Source: an uncultured Syntrophus sp. (lineage in GTDB: Bacteria > Desulfobacterota > Syntrophorhabdia > Syntrophorhabdales > Syntrophorhabdaceae). From it: DNA of 54,785 bases. The translations under genes and the position numbers were made by a program. How positions within the stretch are numbered: the stretch's first letter is position 1; each line of letters starts with the position of its first letter. This document shows, piece by piece, positions 26,365 to 38,124 of this stretch. The notes under the pieces are model-generated. The model saw nothing but the letters and a program-made list of their open reading frames with translations, was not told the origin of the DNA and did not search any database. The stretch spans positions 1 through 54,785 of the forward strand of contig CAZXVZ010000001.1 of assembly GCA_964644085.1 (NCBI GenBank), in the 5' to 3' direction.

Positions 26365-27330
26365 TCATGAATGCCGTTCCTCGAATATGCCCATGTTTCT
26401 GAACTTTTCGTATCGTTTCTGTTTCAATGTTTCGGCAGACATCTCCATGAGTTCTTTCAGGTTTTTGTCGAGGATTTTCCCGGTGTTGATAAATGTCTGT
26501 TTCCAGTCCCTGTGAGCGCCGCCGAAGGGTTCCTCAATAATTTCGTCAACAACCTTCAATTCGAGTAAATCATATGAAATGAGTTTCAGCGCTTCTGCAG
26601 CCAGTAAAGGTCCTTTCACGTCATTTCTCCAGAGAATTGACGCGCACCCTTCCGGAGAAATGATAGCGTAATTGGCATTTTCAAGCATCAGTATTCTATT
26701 ACCAACTCCTATTGCGAGGGCACCACCGCTACCACCTTCTCCTATGACGATGGAGATAATGGGAACGCCGAGGGAAAACATGAGATAGATACTCGAGGCG
26801 ATTGCTTCTGCCTGTCCCCTCTCTTCAGCGCCGACGCCGGGATACGCGCCGGCGGTATCAATAAATGTTATAATGGGCTTGCCCCATCGTGCTGCCATCT
26901 CCATAATCCGCATTGATTTTCTGTAGCCATCCGGATTTGCCATACCGGAGTTACGGTGAGCCATCTCCCGCACGTCTTTACCTTTCTGATGGCCCACAAG
27001 AGCAACACCAGTTCCGTTGTAACGGGCAAATCCGGCTACAATGGCGGGATCATCTCTAAACTTTCTATCCCCGTGAAGTTCCACAAAATCCGTAAAGAGA
27101 TTGTGGATATAATCGAGAGTATGAGGCCTGTTGATGTGCCTGGAAAGTTGTACACGCTGCCAGCTTGTGAGATCACTGTAAATTTCCTTTTCCAGTTTGG
27201 CAATTCTCTTTGTGAGATATTCCGTTTCTCTGGCGTAATGCGGATCATGGGTATCATAAAATCGTTCTATTTCGTGTAGTCTTCTTTCGAGTGGTTCCAG
27301 TTTTTTCTCGAAATCAAGATAATGTCTCAT
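26365..27330 (-). CDS. accA: Acetyl-CoA carboxylase carboxyltransferase alpha subunit
   Basis: 321 aa with RPHTLDYI, FIDTAGAYPGVGAEERGQAEAIA and GEGGSGGALA. Confidence 0.95.
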   Translation of the reverse strand: MRHYLDFEKKLEPLERRLHEIERFYDTHDPHYARETEYLTKRIAKLEKEIYSDLTSWQRVQLSRHINRPHTLDYIHNLFTDFVELHGDRKFRDDPAIVAGFARYNGTGVALVGHQKGKDVREMAHRNSGMANPDGYRKSMRIMEMAARWGKPIITFIDTAGAYPGVGAEERGQAEAIASSIYLMFSLGVPIISIVIGEGGSGGALAIGVGNRILMLENANYAIISPEGCASILWRNDVKGPLLAAEALKLISYDLLELKVVDEIIEEPFGGAHRDWKQTFINTGKILDKNLKELMEMSAETLKQKRYEKFRNMGIFEERHS

Positions 27331-30300
27331 CTATCACCTCTACCTCTATGCCGTTCGTGAAATGCTTCAGAAGCAGTTCTTTTTTCTTATAGTCAATTTT
27401 CACGTTGGACAATTTTAATGATTGTTTTTCTCCGTTCAGTTGAAATTCCAGAATAACAGCGGCGTTTCCTCTCATGCTGTTCAGGACATCTCTTAATTTT
27501 TTTAGGTCGCTCTTTGTGAATGATTCACATCGCACTTTTAGCTTTACGGTCTTTCCCAGTTCCCGGGTCAAAGTATCCAGGAGAGACACTGTTTTTGCCT
27601 TTATCTTCGGGTTTCCATCTTCTGTTTTTTCGAGGGACCCGGAAATCATGATGGGTTTATTACTTTTGATGGTCATGAATTCCCTGGAGAAGAGATCGGG
27701 GAATACAATGACCTCTATGATGCCTTTTGTGTCTTCCAGTGTCAGGTAGGCCATCCTGTCACCGCGTTTTGTCGTAATTTCTTTCGCGGCGCTGACAATG
27801 CCCGCGATAGTTACGTCTTCCACGGTGTCGGTCTCTTTCAGGTTTTGACTATCGAATGGGGTAAGCTGTCCTATCAGATGTTCATAAGGCTTGAGAGGGT
27901 GTTTGCTGAAATAGAATCCGAGAGATTCCTTTTCGCCGTTTAAAATGTCATCATGGGAGAGTTCCTCCATATCAGGTATTTCAAAAGCTGTTGTTGTCTC
28001 AACAGAAGTACCGAACATGTCCATCTGAAAGAGGCCGCTCTTATTTCCCTTTTTTGTAAATTTGTCCGATTTCTCCTGAATGAGATTGAGAATTTGAGAC
28101 CGTTTGAGGCCCAGAGAATCGAAACAACCACCTTTAGCGAGGCTTTCAAGTACTTTTTTGTTCGCCTTCCGGGAATCAACGGTATTCATGAAGTGGGCAA
28201 AAGAGTTAAATTCGCCGATCTCCTCGCGGACCTGAAGGATGTTGTCTATGGCGGCATCGCCGACATTCTTGACCCCGGAGAGACCAAAGCGTATCTTGTT
28301 TTCTGTAATGGTAAATTCCTTGGCGCTCTTGTTGATATCGGGCGGCAGAATCTCAATACCGGCGTCGCGGCATTCAGTGATGTATTTGATCATTTTATCG
28401 GTATTGTTTACTTCGTTTGTAAGCATGGCGGCGAAGTAATGGACAGGATAGTGTGCCTTGAGATAAGCGGTCTGATAGGCAATGAGACCGTAGGCGGTGC
28501 TGTGAGATTTATTGAATCCGTATTCGCCGAAACGGACGATAACGTCATAGATTTTCTCCGCCACAGCCCGGGAAACGCCGTTTAGTTTGGCGCCTTCAAT
28601 GAACTGTGTTCTATATTTATTCAGTTCTTCAGGTATTTTTTTACTCATCGCTTTTCGCAGGATATCGGCATCCTTCAAAGAGAAATTTGCCAGGACACGG
28701 GCGATCTTCATAATCTGTTCCTGGTAGATAATAACGCCGTAGGTATCTTTCAGAATATCCTCAAGAAGCGGTGTTTCATATGTCACTTTATCAGGATTAT
28801 TTTTTCGTTCAGTGAACTCTTTTACCATACCGCTGTTCAATGGACCCGGTCGGTAAAGGGCGATGAGGGGCATGATGTCATCAAATTTGGATGGTTTCAA
28901 TTTCATGAGAAGATCTTTCATGCCGCTGCTCTCAAGTTGAAAGACGCCTGAAGTATCACCCGAGGAGAGAAGCGCAAAAGTTCTTTTATCATCGAGAGGA
29001 ATTGTGGCGATATCAATGTCGATTCCTTCGTTCTTTAGCAGTTTTATGACGCTGTCAATGAGAGTAAGCGTTTCAAGGCCGAGGAAGTCGATCTTGATGA
29101 GACCGATTTTTTCGATGATTTTCATATGATACTGGGTCACCGTCTCGTCGTGTTGTCCCCGGTAGAGAGGGACATATTCGGAGAGATGTTTGTTGGCGAT
29201 AACAATGCCTGCCGCGTGGGTAGACGCGTGACGGGCGAGCCCCTCGAGAACAATGGCGTTGTCGAGAAGCTCTCTTACCTGCCCATTCGTCTCATACATC
29301 TCGCTTATCTGGGGGTCTTCATTGATGGCTTTTTCTATACCCCGATCGACGGAAACGATCAATTTGGCGATTTTATCAACTTCCGCGTATGGCATGCCGA
29401 GGGCACGGCCCACGTCTCTCACCGCGGCTTTTGATTTCATTGTTCCGAAGGTGATAATCTGGGCCACGTTGTCTTTGCCGTATTTCTCGGTTACATAGCG
29501 GATGACCTCGTCCCGTTTATTTCTGCAAAAGTCGACATCGATATCAGGCATGCTGATACGTTCCGGGTTGAGGAAACGCTCAAAGGTAAGGTCATACTTG
29601 ATTGGATCGATATCGGTAATTCCCAGACAATAGGCAATAAGACTCCCTGCGGCAGAGCCTCGACCGGGACCAACGGGGATATCATGGGTCTTGGCATAGT
29701 TGATAAAATCGGCAACAATGAGGAAATAGCCGGCAAACCCTGTTCTCTTAATAACGGAAATTTCGTAATCAAGACGCTCCCTGTAAGTTTTCAGGAGGTT
29801 TTCACCGAATTCGTTGTAGAGGGCGCGGATCGCCGGGAGTCTATGTTCAAGGCCGTCGCGAGCGAGTCCTTCAAAATAATCGTTGAGAGTTATACCGTCA
29901 GGAGCTCTGAATTCAGGAAAATGATAAGTGTCGGTATCAATGGTAAGATCACACCGTTCGGCAATCCGGACAGTATTGGAAAGCGCTTCGGGATAGCGCG
30001 AGAATGCCATATCAATTTCGTCAGGTGATTTGAAATAGAAATGATCGCTCGAAAAACTCATGCGGTCTTTGTCATTCATGGTTTTTCCCGTTTGAATACA
30101 AAGCAGAATTTCATGAGCTTTTGCCTCTTCTCGCAGGAGATAATGACAGTCATTCGTAGCCACAATGGGTATGTTGTAATGACGGGAAAGGTCGATGAGG
30201 GTTTCATTGATGGTTTTCTGTTCATTGATGCCGTTGTCCTGAAGCTCAAAATAGAGCCTGTCACCGAAGATGGAATAATATTCTTCCACAAGGGTGGTCA

Positions 30301-30766
30301 CGTGTGCCTTATCGTATTTGAGGATTGCGTTGGGTATCTCCCCTTTAAGACAGGCCGTCAGACAGATAAGCCCTTCGTTGTATTGCCTGAGTATTTCCTT
30401 ATCGATGCGAGGCACGTAATAAAAACCTTCCGTGTGCGCCAGGCTGATAAGTTTCAGGAGATTTTTGTATCCCTGATGGTTCATGGCCAGAAGAACCAGG
30501 TGGTACGCGTTATCTTCACCCTTTACTTTTTTCTGATCGAAGCGGGATTTGGGAGCGAGGTAGGTTTCACAGCCAATGATGGGTTTTACACCAGCCTTGC
30601 GCGCGTCAAAATAGAAATCGACTGCGCCAAACATGTTGCCGTGATCTGTGATGGCACAGGCTTTCATATTAAATGATTTGGCAAGGTTAAAAAGACGGTC
30701 TGAGCGGATGGCGCCGTCAAGAAGACTGTACTGTGTGTGGACGTGGAGATGGACAAAGTCTTTCAT
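27314..30766 (-). CDS. dnaE: DNA polymerase III alpha subunit
   Basis: 1,150 aa. The PHP N-terminus reads FVHLHVHTQYSLLDGA. The Pol III alpha core shows PDIDVDF and FNKSHSTAYG. An OB-fold region is at the C-terminus. Confidence 0.97.
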   Translation of the reverse strand: MKDFVHLHVHTQYSLLDGAIRSDRLFNLAKSFNMKACAITDHGNMFGAVDFYFDARKAGVKPIIGCETYLAPKSRFDQKKVKGEDNAYHLVLLAMNHQGYKNLLKLISLAHTEGFYYVPRIDKEILRQYNEGLICLTACLKGEIPNAILKYDKAHVTTLVEEYYSIFGDRLYFELQDNGINEQKTINETLIDLSRHYNIPIVATNDCHYLLREEAKAHEILLCIQTGKTMNDKDRMSFSSDHFYFKSPDEIDMAFSRYPEALSNTVRIAERCDLTIDTDTYHFPEFRAPDGITLNDYFEGLARDGLEHRLPAIRALYNEFGENLLKTYRERLDYEISVIKRTGFAGYFLIVADFINYAKTHDIPVGPGRGSAAGSLIAYCLGITDIDPIKYDLTFERFLNPERISMPDIDVDFCRNKRDEVIRYVTEKYGKDNVAQIITFGTMKSKAAVRDVGRALGMPYAEVDKIAKLIVSVDRGIEKAINEDPQISEMYETNGQVRELLDNAIVLEGLARHASTHAAGIVIANKHLSEYVPLYRGQHDETVTQYHMKIIEKIGLIKIDFLGLETLTLIDSVIKLLKNEGIDIDIATIPLDDKRTFALLSSGDTSGVFQLESSGMKDLLMKLKPSKFDDIMPLIALYRPGPLNSGMVKEFTERKNNPDKVTYETPLLEDILKDTYGVIIYQEQIMKIARVLANFSLKDADILRKAMSKKIPEELNKYRTQFIEGAKLNGVSRAVAEKIYDVIVRFGEYGFNKSHSTAYGLIAYQTAYLKAHYPVHYFAAMLTNEVNNTDKMIKYITECRDAGIEILPPDINKSAKEFTITENKIRFGLSGVKNVGDAAIDNILQVREEIGEFNSFAHFMNTVDSRKANKKVLESLAKGGCFDSLGLKRSQILNLIQEKSDKFTKKGNKSGLFQMDMFGTSVETTTAFEIPDMEELSHDDILNGEKESLGFYFSKHPLKPYEHLIGQLTPFDSQNLKETDTVEDVTIAGIVSAAKEITTKRGDRMAYLTLEDTKGIIEVIVFPDLFSREFMTIKSNKPIMISGSLEKTEDGNPKIKAKTVSLLDTLTRELGKTVKLKVRCESFTKSDLKKLRDVLNSMRGNAAVILEFQLNGEKQSLKLSNVKIDYKKKELLLKHFTNGIEVEVIDETLS

Positions 30767-30772
30767 GAGTCC

Positions 30773-32338
30773 TCATTCCCATTCAATAGTGCTTGGTGGT
30801 TTCGATGAGATATCATAAACTACCCTGTTTACGCCTTGTACCTCATTAATGATCCTCCGTGCCACTACGTCGAGTGTGTCATAGGGAATGCGTGCCCAGT
30901 TGGCGGTCATGGCGTCTTTACTCTCGACGACCCTTAAGGCGATGACATTGGCATATGTCCGTTCATCGCCCATGACTCCCACCGTTTTGACCGGTATCAG
31001 GATGGCAAAGGACTGCCAGATGTGTTTAAATTTAGGATTTCGTTCCACCTCGTTACGTATTATGCTGTCGGCATCCTGCAGCACATGAATACGTTCCTCT
31101 GTGACTTCCCCGATAATCCGTATGGCAAGCCCGGGACCGGGAAAGGGCTGGCGGTGGACGATCCTGTCGGGAAGGCCTAATTCTTTTCCGACAACGCGGA
31201 CCTCATCTTTGAAAAGTTCCCGGAGGGGTTCGATGAGTTTCAGTTTCATCCGTTTCGGAAGACCGCCGACATTATGATGACTTTTAATTGTTGCTGATGG
31301 TCCTTTATGCGAAACACTTTCAATGACATCAGGATAGAGAGTGCCCTGCGCGAGAAAACGAACATTGCCGATGGCGCGCGCTTCTTCCTCAAATATTTTT
31401 ATAAAGAGCCTGCCGATAATCTTCCTTTTCTTTTCGGGGTCTCTCACGTTTTTCAGGGCTTTCAGGAATACTTCTTCAGCGTCAACATATTTCAGGTTCA
31501 TGTGGAGCCTGTCTTTGAAGATTTCAAGAACTTCCTTTTCTTCATTTTTCCGGAGAACACCGTTATTGACAAAGACACAGCGAAGCCTGTTTCCAATTGC
31601 CTTATGAATAAGGGCAGCCACCACAGATGAGTCAACACCGCCGGAAAGGGCACAGACGACGGTTTCGTTACCCGCTGTCTCTCGTATTTTTTCTGTTGTC
31701 ATTTCAATAAAAGATTTTGGTGAAAAAAGCCCTTTTAATCCACATATCTTGTAAAGAAAATTTTTGAGGATCCGCTTTCCTTTCGGGGTATGATGGACTT
31801 CGGGATGGAACTGCACCCCGTAGATTTTTCTTTTTATATCAGCCACGGACGCGCAGGGTGAGTTATCGGAATGGGCAAGAACGGTAAAGCCCCTCGGTAT
31901 CCTCAGTACCTTGTCCTGATGACTCATCCACACGATATCACCATCTCTTATGCCGTCTAAAAAGATATCTTGTCTGTCGATAAATATATGGGCTTTGCCG
32001 TATTCCCTTTTTGTTGATTTTTCTACCCTGCCGCCGAAAAGGAACGTTGTCAGCTGAAGTCCATAGCAGATGCCGAGAATGGGAATACCAAGATCATATA
32101 TTTCCCTTGCACAGATTGGAGCATCTTTATCATTGACGCTTTTTGGACCTCCCGAAAGGATAATTCCTTTGGGCTTCAGAGAAATAATTTTTTCTATGCC
32201 AATATTAAAAGGATAAATTTCGCAGTAAACATTAAGTTCTCTCGTCTTGCGCGCGATGAGTTGCGTGTACTGTGAACCGAAGTCAAGTATGAGAACAAGT
32301 TCCTGGTGGTAGTCTCTTTCCGCTCTCATAAGTCTCAT
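30773..32338 (-). CDS. guaA: GMP synthase (glutamine-hydrolysing)
   Basis: 521 aa. It has a GATase domain (ILGICYGLQ), the PP-loop SGGVDSS and a C-terminal dimerisation domain ending in TIEWE. Confidence 0.97.
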   Translation of the reverse strand: MRLMRAERDYHQELVLILDFGSQYTQLIARKTRELNVYCEIYPFNIGIEKIISLKPKGIILSGGPKSVNDKDAPICAREIYDLGIPILGICYGLQLTTFLFGGRVEKSTKREYGKAHIFIDRQDIFLDGIRDGDIVWMSHQDKVLRIPRGFTVLAHSDNSPCASVADIKRKIYGVQFHPEVHHTPKGKRILKNFLYKICGLKGLFSPKSFIEMTTEKIRETAGNETVVCALSGGVDSSVVAALIHKAIGNRLRCVFVNNGVLRKNEEKEVLEIFKDRLHMNLKYVDAEEVFLKALKNVRDPEKKRKIIGRLFIKIFEEEARAIGNVRFLAQGTLYPDVIESVSHKGPSATIKSHHNVGGLPKRMKLKLIEPLRELFKDEVRVVGKELGLPDRIVHRQPFPGPGLAIRIIGEVTEERIHVLQDADSIIRNEVERNPKFKHIWQSFAILIPVKTVGVMGDERTYANVIALRVVESKDAMTANWARIPYDTLDVVARRIINEVQGVNRVVYDISSKPPSTIEWE

Positions 32339-33810
32339 TCAATCCTGTAGTTCGGCGCTTCTTTTGTGATAATGACATCGTGAACGTGGCTTTCACGGAG
32401 GGCTGCAGGAGTGATGCGTATAAAGGAGGCGTTTTTCTGCAGTTCTGCGATAGTCTTCGCGCCGGCATATCCCATACCTGCTTTTAGGCCTCCAACAAGC
32501 TGATTGATGGAAATTGACAGCGAACCCCTGTAAGGGACCCTTCCTTCGATGCCTTCCGGAACGATCTTGGATTCTATCTCATTTTCCGGGATGCAGTAAC
32601 GATCCCGCGTTTTTCCTTCTTTCATTGCTTCCAGGGAACCCATACCGCGATAAACTTTGTAGGTTCTTCCCTGGTAAAGGACCATTTCACCCGGTGTCTC
32701 ATCAGCGCCAGCGAAGAGGTTGCCGATCATGACCGCGTCCGCGCCGGCCGCGATGGCCTTTGTAATATCGCCTGAAAACTTGATTCCGCCGTCGGCGATG
32801 ATGGGAATGCCCTTACTTTTCGCAATCTTTGCGGCTTCCATGATTGCCGTTATCTGAGGCACTCCCACACCCGCCACAATCCGTGTCGTGCAGATCGATC
32901 CGGGTCCTACCCCGATCTTTACCGCGTCGCAGCCTGCTTTGATGAGGGCTTCGCAACCTTCCTTTGTGGCCACATTCCCGGCGATGAGTTCAATATTGGT
33001 AAATGTTTTTCTTAGGTCTTTTATTGATTCGATGACGTTTTTTGAGTGCCCGTGGGCGGTATCGATAACTATGACATCACAACCGGCCTTCAATAAGGCG
33101 TCAACCCGTTGGTTTCTGTCGGCGCTGACGCCGACGGCAGCGCCAACGCGGAGCCTGCCGAGGCTGTCTTTCGAAGAATGGGGGTATTTCCGCATCTTCT
33201 CAATATCTTTTATGGTAATGAGCCCTTTGAGGTTGAAATCCCTGTCAACAACGAGAAGTTTTTCTATCTTGTGCCTGTGAAGGATTTTCTTCGATTCCTC
33301 AAGACTGATACCTTCTTTGACGGTAACGAGATTTTCCTTCGTCATGACATTCTCAACCTTTTCTTCAAGATTTGTTTCAAATCGGAGGTCTCTGTTCGTT
33401 ATGATGCCGACGAGTCTCTTCCCTTGTGTTACCGGTATGCCGGAGATATGGTATTTTGCCATAAGGTCCAGGGTGTCTTTAATCTTTTGATCAGGAGAAA
33501 TAGTTATAGGATCGACGATCATGCCGCTTTCTGATTTTTTTACCTTCTCAACTTCCTGTGCCTGCTCTGTAATGCCCATATTTCTATGGATGATGCCGAT
33601 GCCGCCTTCCTGCGCAAGGCAGATCGCTGTTTTGGACTCTGTTACCGTATCCATGGCAGCGCTGAGAATGGGGATGTGCAGCCGAATTGTACGGGTAAGG
33701 AAAGCTGATACATCAACATCAGCGGGCATGATTTTACTGAAGGCAGGCGCCAGTAGGACATCGTCGAAGGTAAGCCCTTCCTGTAAATTGCGTGGACCTT
33801 TTTCCGGCAT
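32335..33810 (-). CDS. guaB: IMP dehydrogenase
   Basis: 491 aa. It has a CBS-pair insert, the catalytic loop [11 protein letters not shown] and GGIKFSGD. Confidence 0.97.
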   Translation of the reverse strand: MPEKGPRNLQEGLTFDDVLLAPAFSKIMPADVDVSAFLTRTIRLHIPILSAAMDTVTESKTAICLAQEGGIGIIHRNMGITEQAQEVEKVKKSESGMIVDPITISPDQKIKDTLDLMAKYHISGIPVTQGKRLVGIITNRDLRFETNLEEKVENVMTKENLVTVKEGISLEESKKILHRHKIEKLLVVDRDFNLKGLITIKDIEKMRKYPHSSKDSLGRLRVGAAVGVSADRNQRVDALLKAGCDVIVIDTAHGHSKNVIESIKDLRKTFTNIELIAGNVATKEGCEALIKAGCDAVKIGVGPGSICTTRIVAGVGVPQITAIMEAAKIAKSKGIPIIADGGIKFSGDITKAIAAGADAVMIGNLFAGADETPGEMVLYQGRTYKVYRGMGSLEAMKEGKTRDRYCIPENEIESKIVPEGIEGRVPYRGSLSISINQLVGGLKAGMGYAGAKTIAELQKNASFIRITPAALRESHVHDVIITKEAPNYRIE

Positions 33811-34280
33811 TTTTCACCTCATTTTTAAAAATTGTACAGTTCTTTGTTGGTTCATTCTATATACTATACTTTCATGTGTTTTTTTTCCATTACACCGGAT
33901 TGCTGCAATGAAATGCCCGTGAAAAATAATAGTGCCCGTCTTCATTTCAGTTTCATATATACTGTATGCATGAATACTTTCTATAAGGAAGCATCTATAC
34001 ACAAATGGTTTGCCATTTTATATGGGGTTAGTATAATGCATAAGGCATAAATAATCAAAACGTTTTTGGCTGGCATCAACCCTGACAAATTGTGGCAGAT
34101 GAATGATCCTTTTTTTAGAAAATCATCTTAAGGATGTTATTAATCGATAAATAATAAAGATATCCTCAAATCGATACTTAAAAATAAAATCAGCAATAAC
34201 CCATAATAAAGAGAATTGTTTTGTAATTTATGTTAACTATGCTAAAAATAATGCGATAATATTTGATAGTTTATAACGCA

Positions 34281-36425
34281 ATGAAAAGAATCGATTATAA
34301 ATCCATTCTTCAGAACGAAAAGAGTTATTTTTTATTCTATCTCATAATTCTTTCGGTATATTGCGTCTTTAATCTGTTTCGATGGCCGGTAACGGCCGGC
34401 GATACAGACCTGTGGTATCATCTGAATGGCGGGAGGTACATTTTCGAACACAATGCCATCCCAAAAGACAGTTTTTTCTCTTTTATGGTGCCGCCTCGTC
34501 AATGGATTGATTACTACTGGTTGTTCCAGGTCTTTGTGTATAAAATACATCAATATACCGGCTATTATGGATTGGTGTACTTAAGGGCCCTCCTTTTTAT
34601 GGGGCTTATGTATTTTATATTTCGTTATTTCACGCGCAATCTAAATGAAAGAAAGCCTTATTTTGCCATATCGGCCATATTTTCTCTCTATCTCCTTTTT
34701 TTATTGTCCCGATACTGGATGATCAGACCCCATATGTTTTCTTACTTCTTCGTGGTCCTTTTTATCTATATTCTTGAGTACAGACAAAGAATGGCTTTTG
34801 TTCTGCCATTGCTGGCTCTTTTTTGGGTCAACATCCACGGTATTGTCTACCCTGTAATGCTGCTCATTGTCCTTGCTTATATTGTCGAATTCGCGATTAA
34901 ACGCGTTATGGAAAGAAAAGAAACCGGGAAAGAAGGCCTCAGGGTTGTTGTACCACTGGTGCTTGTCTTGTTTATGGTCTATTGTACACCCCACGGCGTG
35001 CGCCTCATCGGGGTGCCGGTAACCCCTACAGATTTTGCGTCGCTTTACATACTGGAATTACAAAAGCTCTCCTTTACGGCTTTGTCATCGTTGAATTTTA
35101 CGAAATTCATTCCCACAGTAAATTCCCTGCTTGTTATAATATTCATTATAGCTTGTTTTTCATGTTTCCAGATTGCGTTGATACCGAAAAGAAGAATTGC
35201 CCACCTGATTTTGTTTGCCGGTGGTTTCTTTCTCCTGATAAGAGGAAAACGATTTGCCTATGAATTTATTCTTCTTGCGATGCCTGTAATTAAGGATGCG
35301 TTAAGTTCGACTGCTCTGCGTATGCCTGTGAAAAATGAGAAAAGGGTACTGGCCGTAAAGACTATTTTCATATGCTTTATAAGTATTATACCGTTGCTTT
35401 TTTTACAGAATTATTTCAAGAATCTTCCAAAGTTTCCCACTTCACATATCAATCTGCCACATGGGATCACCACCTTTCTTAACAAGATAAACACAGGTGG
35501 CGCAGTATTAAATCAGCCCAATATGGGCGGATATCTCCAATGGGCCCTGTATCCACGATATAAAATTTTCATGGATATGGAGGTTCCTTTCCTTTTTACC
35601 GATGAAGATATGTATGTTACCAACAGGATGTTTTCCGAAGATCGGATATTCAACAGATTGCTGAGACAATACAATCCCCCGTTTATAAGCGTCCCCCTCA
35701 AGACTGCCGCTTCTTTTCCATCACTCATCATTAAATACCCTCAATATAAGCCTGTTTTTTTTGATGATACAGAGGTGCTCTATGTTGATGAGAAACAGTA
35801 TCCGGACGTTGCCGCAGAATATCGTCTAAAATACGTTGATCCTTTTACGTTTTCTCAGCTAATTTCTTCGGGATTCAGAAGCCGGGAAGATATTGAGATG
35901 ATACTTGCTGAGCTTGAGAAGATGCACAAGATTGACCCTGACAATGGTGTTGTGAATCGAGGTCTTTCCGCTATTTATCGTGAAAAAAGGGATTACCAAA
36001 AGGCAATCTTCCATGCCGATATGTTGATCAGGAATTATCCAGAATCACATGTAGGACATGCATTCAAGGGAGAAGCCCAGAAAGACTCAAAGAGATATGA
36101 GGAAGCCTTGAAGAGCTATAAATCTGCCTTGAAAATAGCACCCGATGTTTTTGACATTTACAGAGATATTGGATTGATCTATTTTGAACTAAAAAAATAC
36201 CGGAAAGCATACGGTGCTCTTATCCGGACTGAGAATCTCTACTCGTGGACAACATCTTACAAAGATCTCTACTATATCATTTACTCGGCCGTCAAGGCGA
36301 ACTTGAGAAAAGACGCTGAAATATTATTACGCTACGGCCTGGAGACTTTGCCTCCTGATGATGAAGAATGGAACGCTAAATATGAAGAACTAAGACGGAT
36401 GCTTGCGGTTGATAAAGCTAAATGA
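34281..36425 (+). CDS. Polytopic membrane protein (GT-C-like N-terminal domain) with C-terminal TPR repeats, putative periplasmic glycosyltransferase
   Basis: About 714 aa from the ATG at 34281. It has more than 10 hydrophobic segments, with an acidic/aromatic first loop (AGDTDLWYHLNGG). TPR-like repeats occupy the last 200 aa or so (AIYREKRDYQKAIFHADMLI...). Confidence 0.55.
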   Translation: MKRIDYKSILQNEKSYFLFYLIILSVYCVFNLFRWPVTAGDTDLWYHLNGGRYIFEHNAIPKDSFFSFMVPPRQWIDYYWLFQVFVYKIHQYTGYYGLVYLRALLFMGLMYFIFRYFTRNLNERKPYFAISAIFSLYLLFLLSRYWMIRPHMFSYFFVVLFIYILEYRQRMAFVLPLLALFWVNIHGIVYPVMLLIVLAYIVEFAIKRVMERKETGKEGLRVVVPLVLVLFMVYCTPHGVRLIGVPVTPTDFASLYILELQKLSFTALSSLNFTKFIPTVNSLLVIIFIIACFSCFQIALIPKRRIAHLILFAGGFFLLIRGKRFAYEFILLAMPVIKDALSSTALRMPVKNEKRVLAVKTIFICFISIIPLLFLQNYFKNLPKFPTSHINLPHGITTFLNKINTGGAVLNQPNMGGYLQWALYPRYKIFMDMEVPFLFTDEDMYVTNRMFSEDRIFNRLLRQYNPPFISVPLKTAASFPSLIIKYPQYKPVFFDDTEVLYVDEKQYPDVAAEYRLKYVDPFTFSQLISSGFRSREDIEMILAELEKMHKIDPDNGVVNRGLSAIYREKRDYQKAIFHADMLIRNYPESHVGHAFKGEAQKDSKRYEEALKSYKSALKIAPDVFDIYRDIGLIYFELKKYRKAYGALIRTENLYSWTTSYKDLYYIIYSAVKANLRKDAEILLRYGLETLPPDDEEWNAKYEELRRMLAVDKAK

Positions 36426-36487
36426 ATACATAACATAAAAGAATTAGCAAATATATTTGAACGATTTCAGCCGATTTGTAAACGCAG

Positions 36488-37921
36488 ATGCTTAAACTCA
36501 ATATCGAATCCAAAGAACAACGCATGAATAAATTGTTCATAATAACACTTATGTCGCTGGCTATGGCACTTCGTATCCCAGGTATTTTTCATGATTTCTG
36601 GTTTGACGAAGTCTGGTCATTTCAGTTGGTTCATGGTTTGGAATCTCCTTTAGAGATATTTACAAGGTTAATTAATTCTAACAATCATTATTTAAATTCG
36701 CTACTTATGTATTTAATTGACAAAGACAATCCTGTGCATTGGTGGAAATACAGGATATTTTCTTTATTGTGCGGAACAGGCACGGTTCTTGTGGGCGCTC
36801 TCCTTGTGAGAAAAGTATGTAAACGTAACGTTGCAGTCGTAACCACTTTTTTGCTTCTGGCAACATCTTTGCCGTTAGTAGCATATTCTTCCGAGGCTCG
36901 TGGATACAGCTCGTTAACATTCTTTTCAATCTTGTCTTTATATTCTTTGCTTGAGTTTTTCAAAAGTAAGGAAAAATTGATGCTCATTATTTTCAACCTG
37001 TCAGTCATTTTTGGATTTATGTCTCACCTGACTTTTATATATGTCTTTGTGGGATTATTAGCTTCAAGCGTTGCATTTTTACGAAAAAATGAGAAAAAAA
37101 CAATACTAAAAGAACTGGCGAAAATATTTCTTATACCACTGATTGTCGTATATGCAATGTATATCAGGTATCTCATTTATTTTATGTTTTTCCCTGTTTT
37201 GGTTATCCAAAGCGGCGGTCTCAACGTTTCTCCAATCAAAACCTTTTCTGAGTTACCCTCCTATATTGTTGGCTATAGCAAGTTTGGAGTGGTACTCGGA
37301 GTATCACTCTGGATTGCCATATTAACCGAACTTATTATGCTTATAAAAGAAAAACAAATCTTTGGATTATTCTCGTCTGTTGTCATCGTTACAGCTCTAT
37401 GTCATATCCTGTTATCGTATCCTGACTTTTCACATTTCAGATTCTTTATTTGTCTTTTTCCTTTTCTTATATTTTTATTGTGTGGATTTATCAGCAGATT
37501 TTATGATTCAAACAAAAAATATTTTATTGTAGTGCTGATTACTATAATAGTTATTAGTAATGTATATTATGTGTTTGAGTTTATTTCGAGTGGAAAAGGC
37601 AAATACCTTGAATTGATAAAGTACGCTGAAAAAAATACAACAGGTGAAATTATTACTATAAGTTCTGATGATGATTTTACAACATGGAAAATGATTACAT
37701 TCTACGAAAGATTCTCCAATAAAAAAATAAAATATGTTGCCTACAATGATTTAGATAGACGAAACCCACCGGATTGGTTTATCGTTCACGATGAGAGCGA
37801 CGAACATCCCATCAGTCAATCTTTCGAAGTTTTTAAAGGGATGTTTTACAAATTTGAGGGTTATTACCCATATTCGGGCAAGTTTTCAGGATTTAACTGG
37901 ACATTATATAAACATCCTTGA
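36488..37921 (+). CDS. ArnT/PMT-like (GT39/GT83-type) polytopic glycosyltransferase
   Basis: 477 aa and very AT-rich. The first periplasmic loop motif is HDFWFDEVWS, followed by multiple TM segments. The start could be 36488 or 36524. Confidence 0.6.
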   Translation: MLKLNIESKEQRMNKLFIITLMSLAMALRIPGIFHDFWFDEVWSFQLVHGLESPLEIFTRLINSNNHYLNSLLMYLIDKDNPVHWWKYRIFSLLCGTGTVLVGALLVRKVCKRNVAVVTTFLLLATSLPLVAYSSEARGYSSLTFFSILSLYSLLEFFKSKEKLMLIIFNLSVIFGFMSHLTFIYVFVGLLASSVAFLRKNEKKTILKELAKIFLIPLIVVYAMYIRYLIYFMFFPVLVIQSGGLNVSPIKTFSELPSYIVGYSKFGVVLGVSLWIAILTELIMLIKEKQIFGLFSSVVIVTALCHILLSYPDFSHFRFFICLFPFLIFLLCGFISRFYDSNKKYFIVVLITIIVISNVYYVFEFISSGKGKYLELIKYAEKNTTGEIITISSDDDFTTWKMITFYERFSNKKIKYVAYNDLDRRNPPDWFIVHDESDEHPISQSFEVFKGMFYKFEGYYPYSGKFSGFNWTLYKHP

Positions 37922-38124
37922 ATAATCATAAATCCTTTTCTTAGAGACTTGGAATTATTACTCGTACGGTTATCCCTCCATCTGTCCTGGCCGTCCAAAT
38001 GTGTTCAGGTATCCACCAGAATTACAAAAATTTAATCGTTTTTATCGCCGGTGTAATACGTATTAAATACAGACAACTGGTGCAGCAAATTGAATAATGG
38101 TTAGATTTGTTGATGCTATGAAAA

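Noticed and set aside
33914-33939. Direct repeat TGCCCGT-N12-TGCCCGT in the guaB / GT-C divergent spacer, considered as a possible regulator site.
   Set aside because: It is only a 7-mer repeated once, which could be chance in a 450-nt spacer. It matches no consensus I know.
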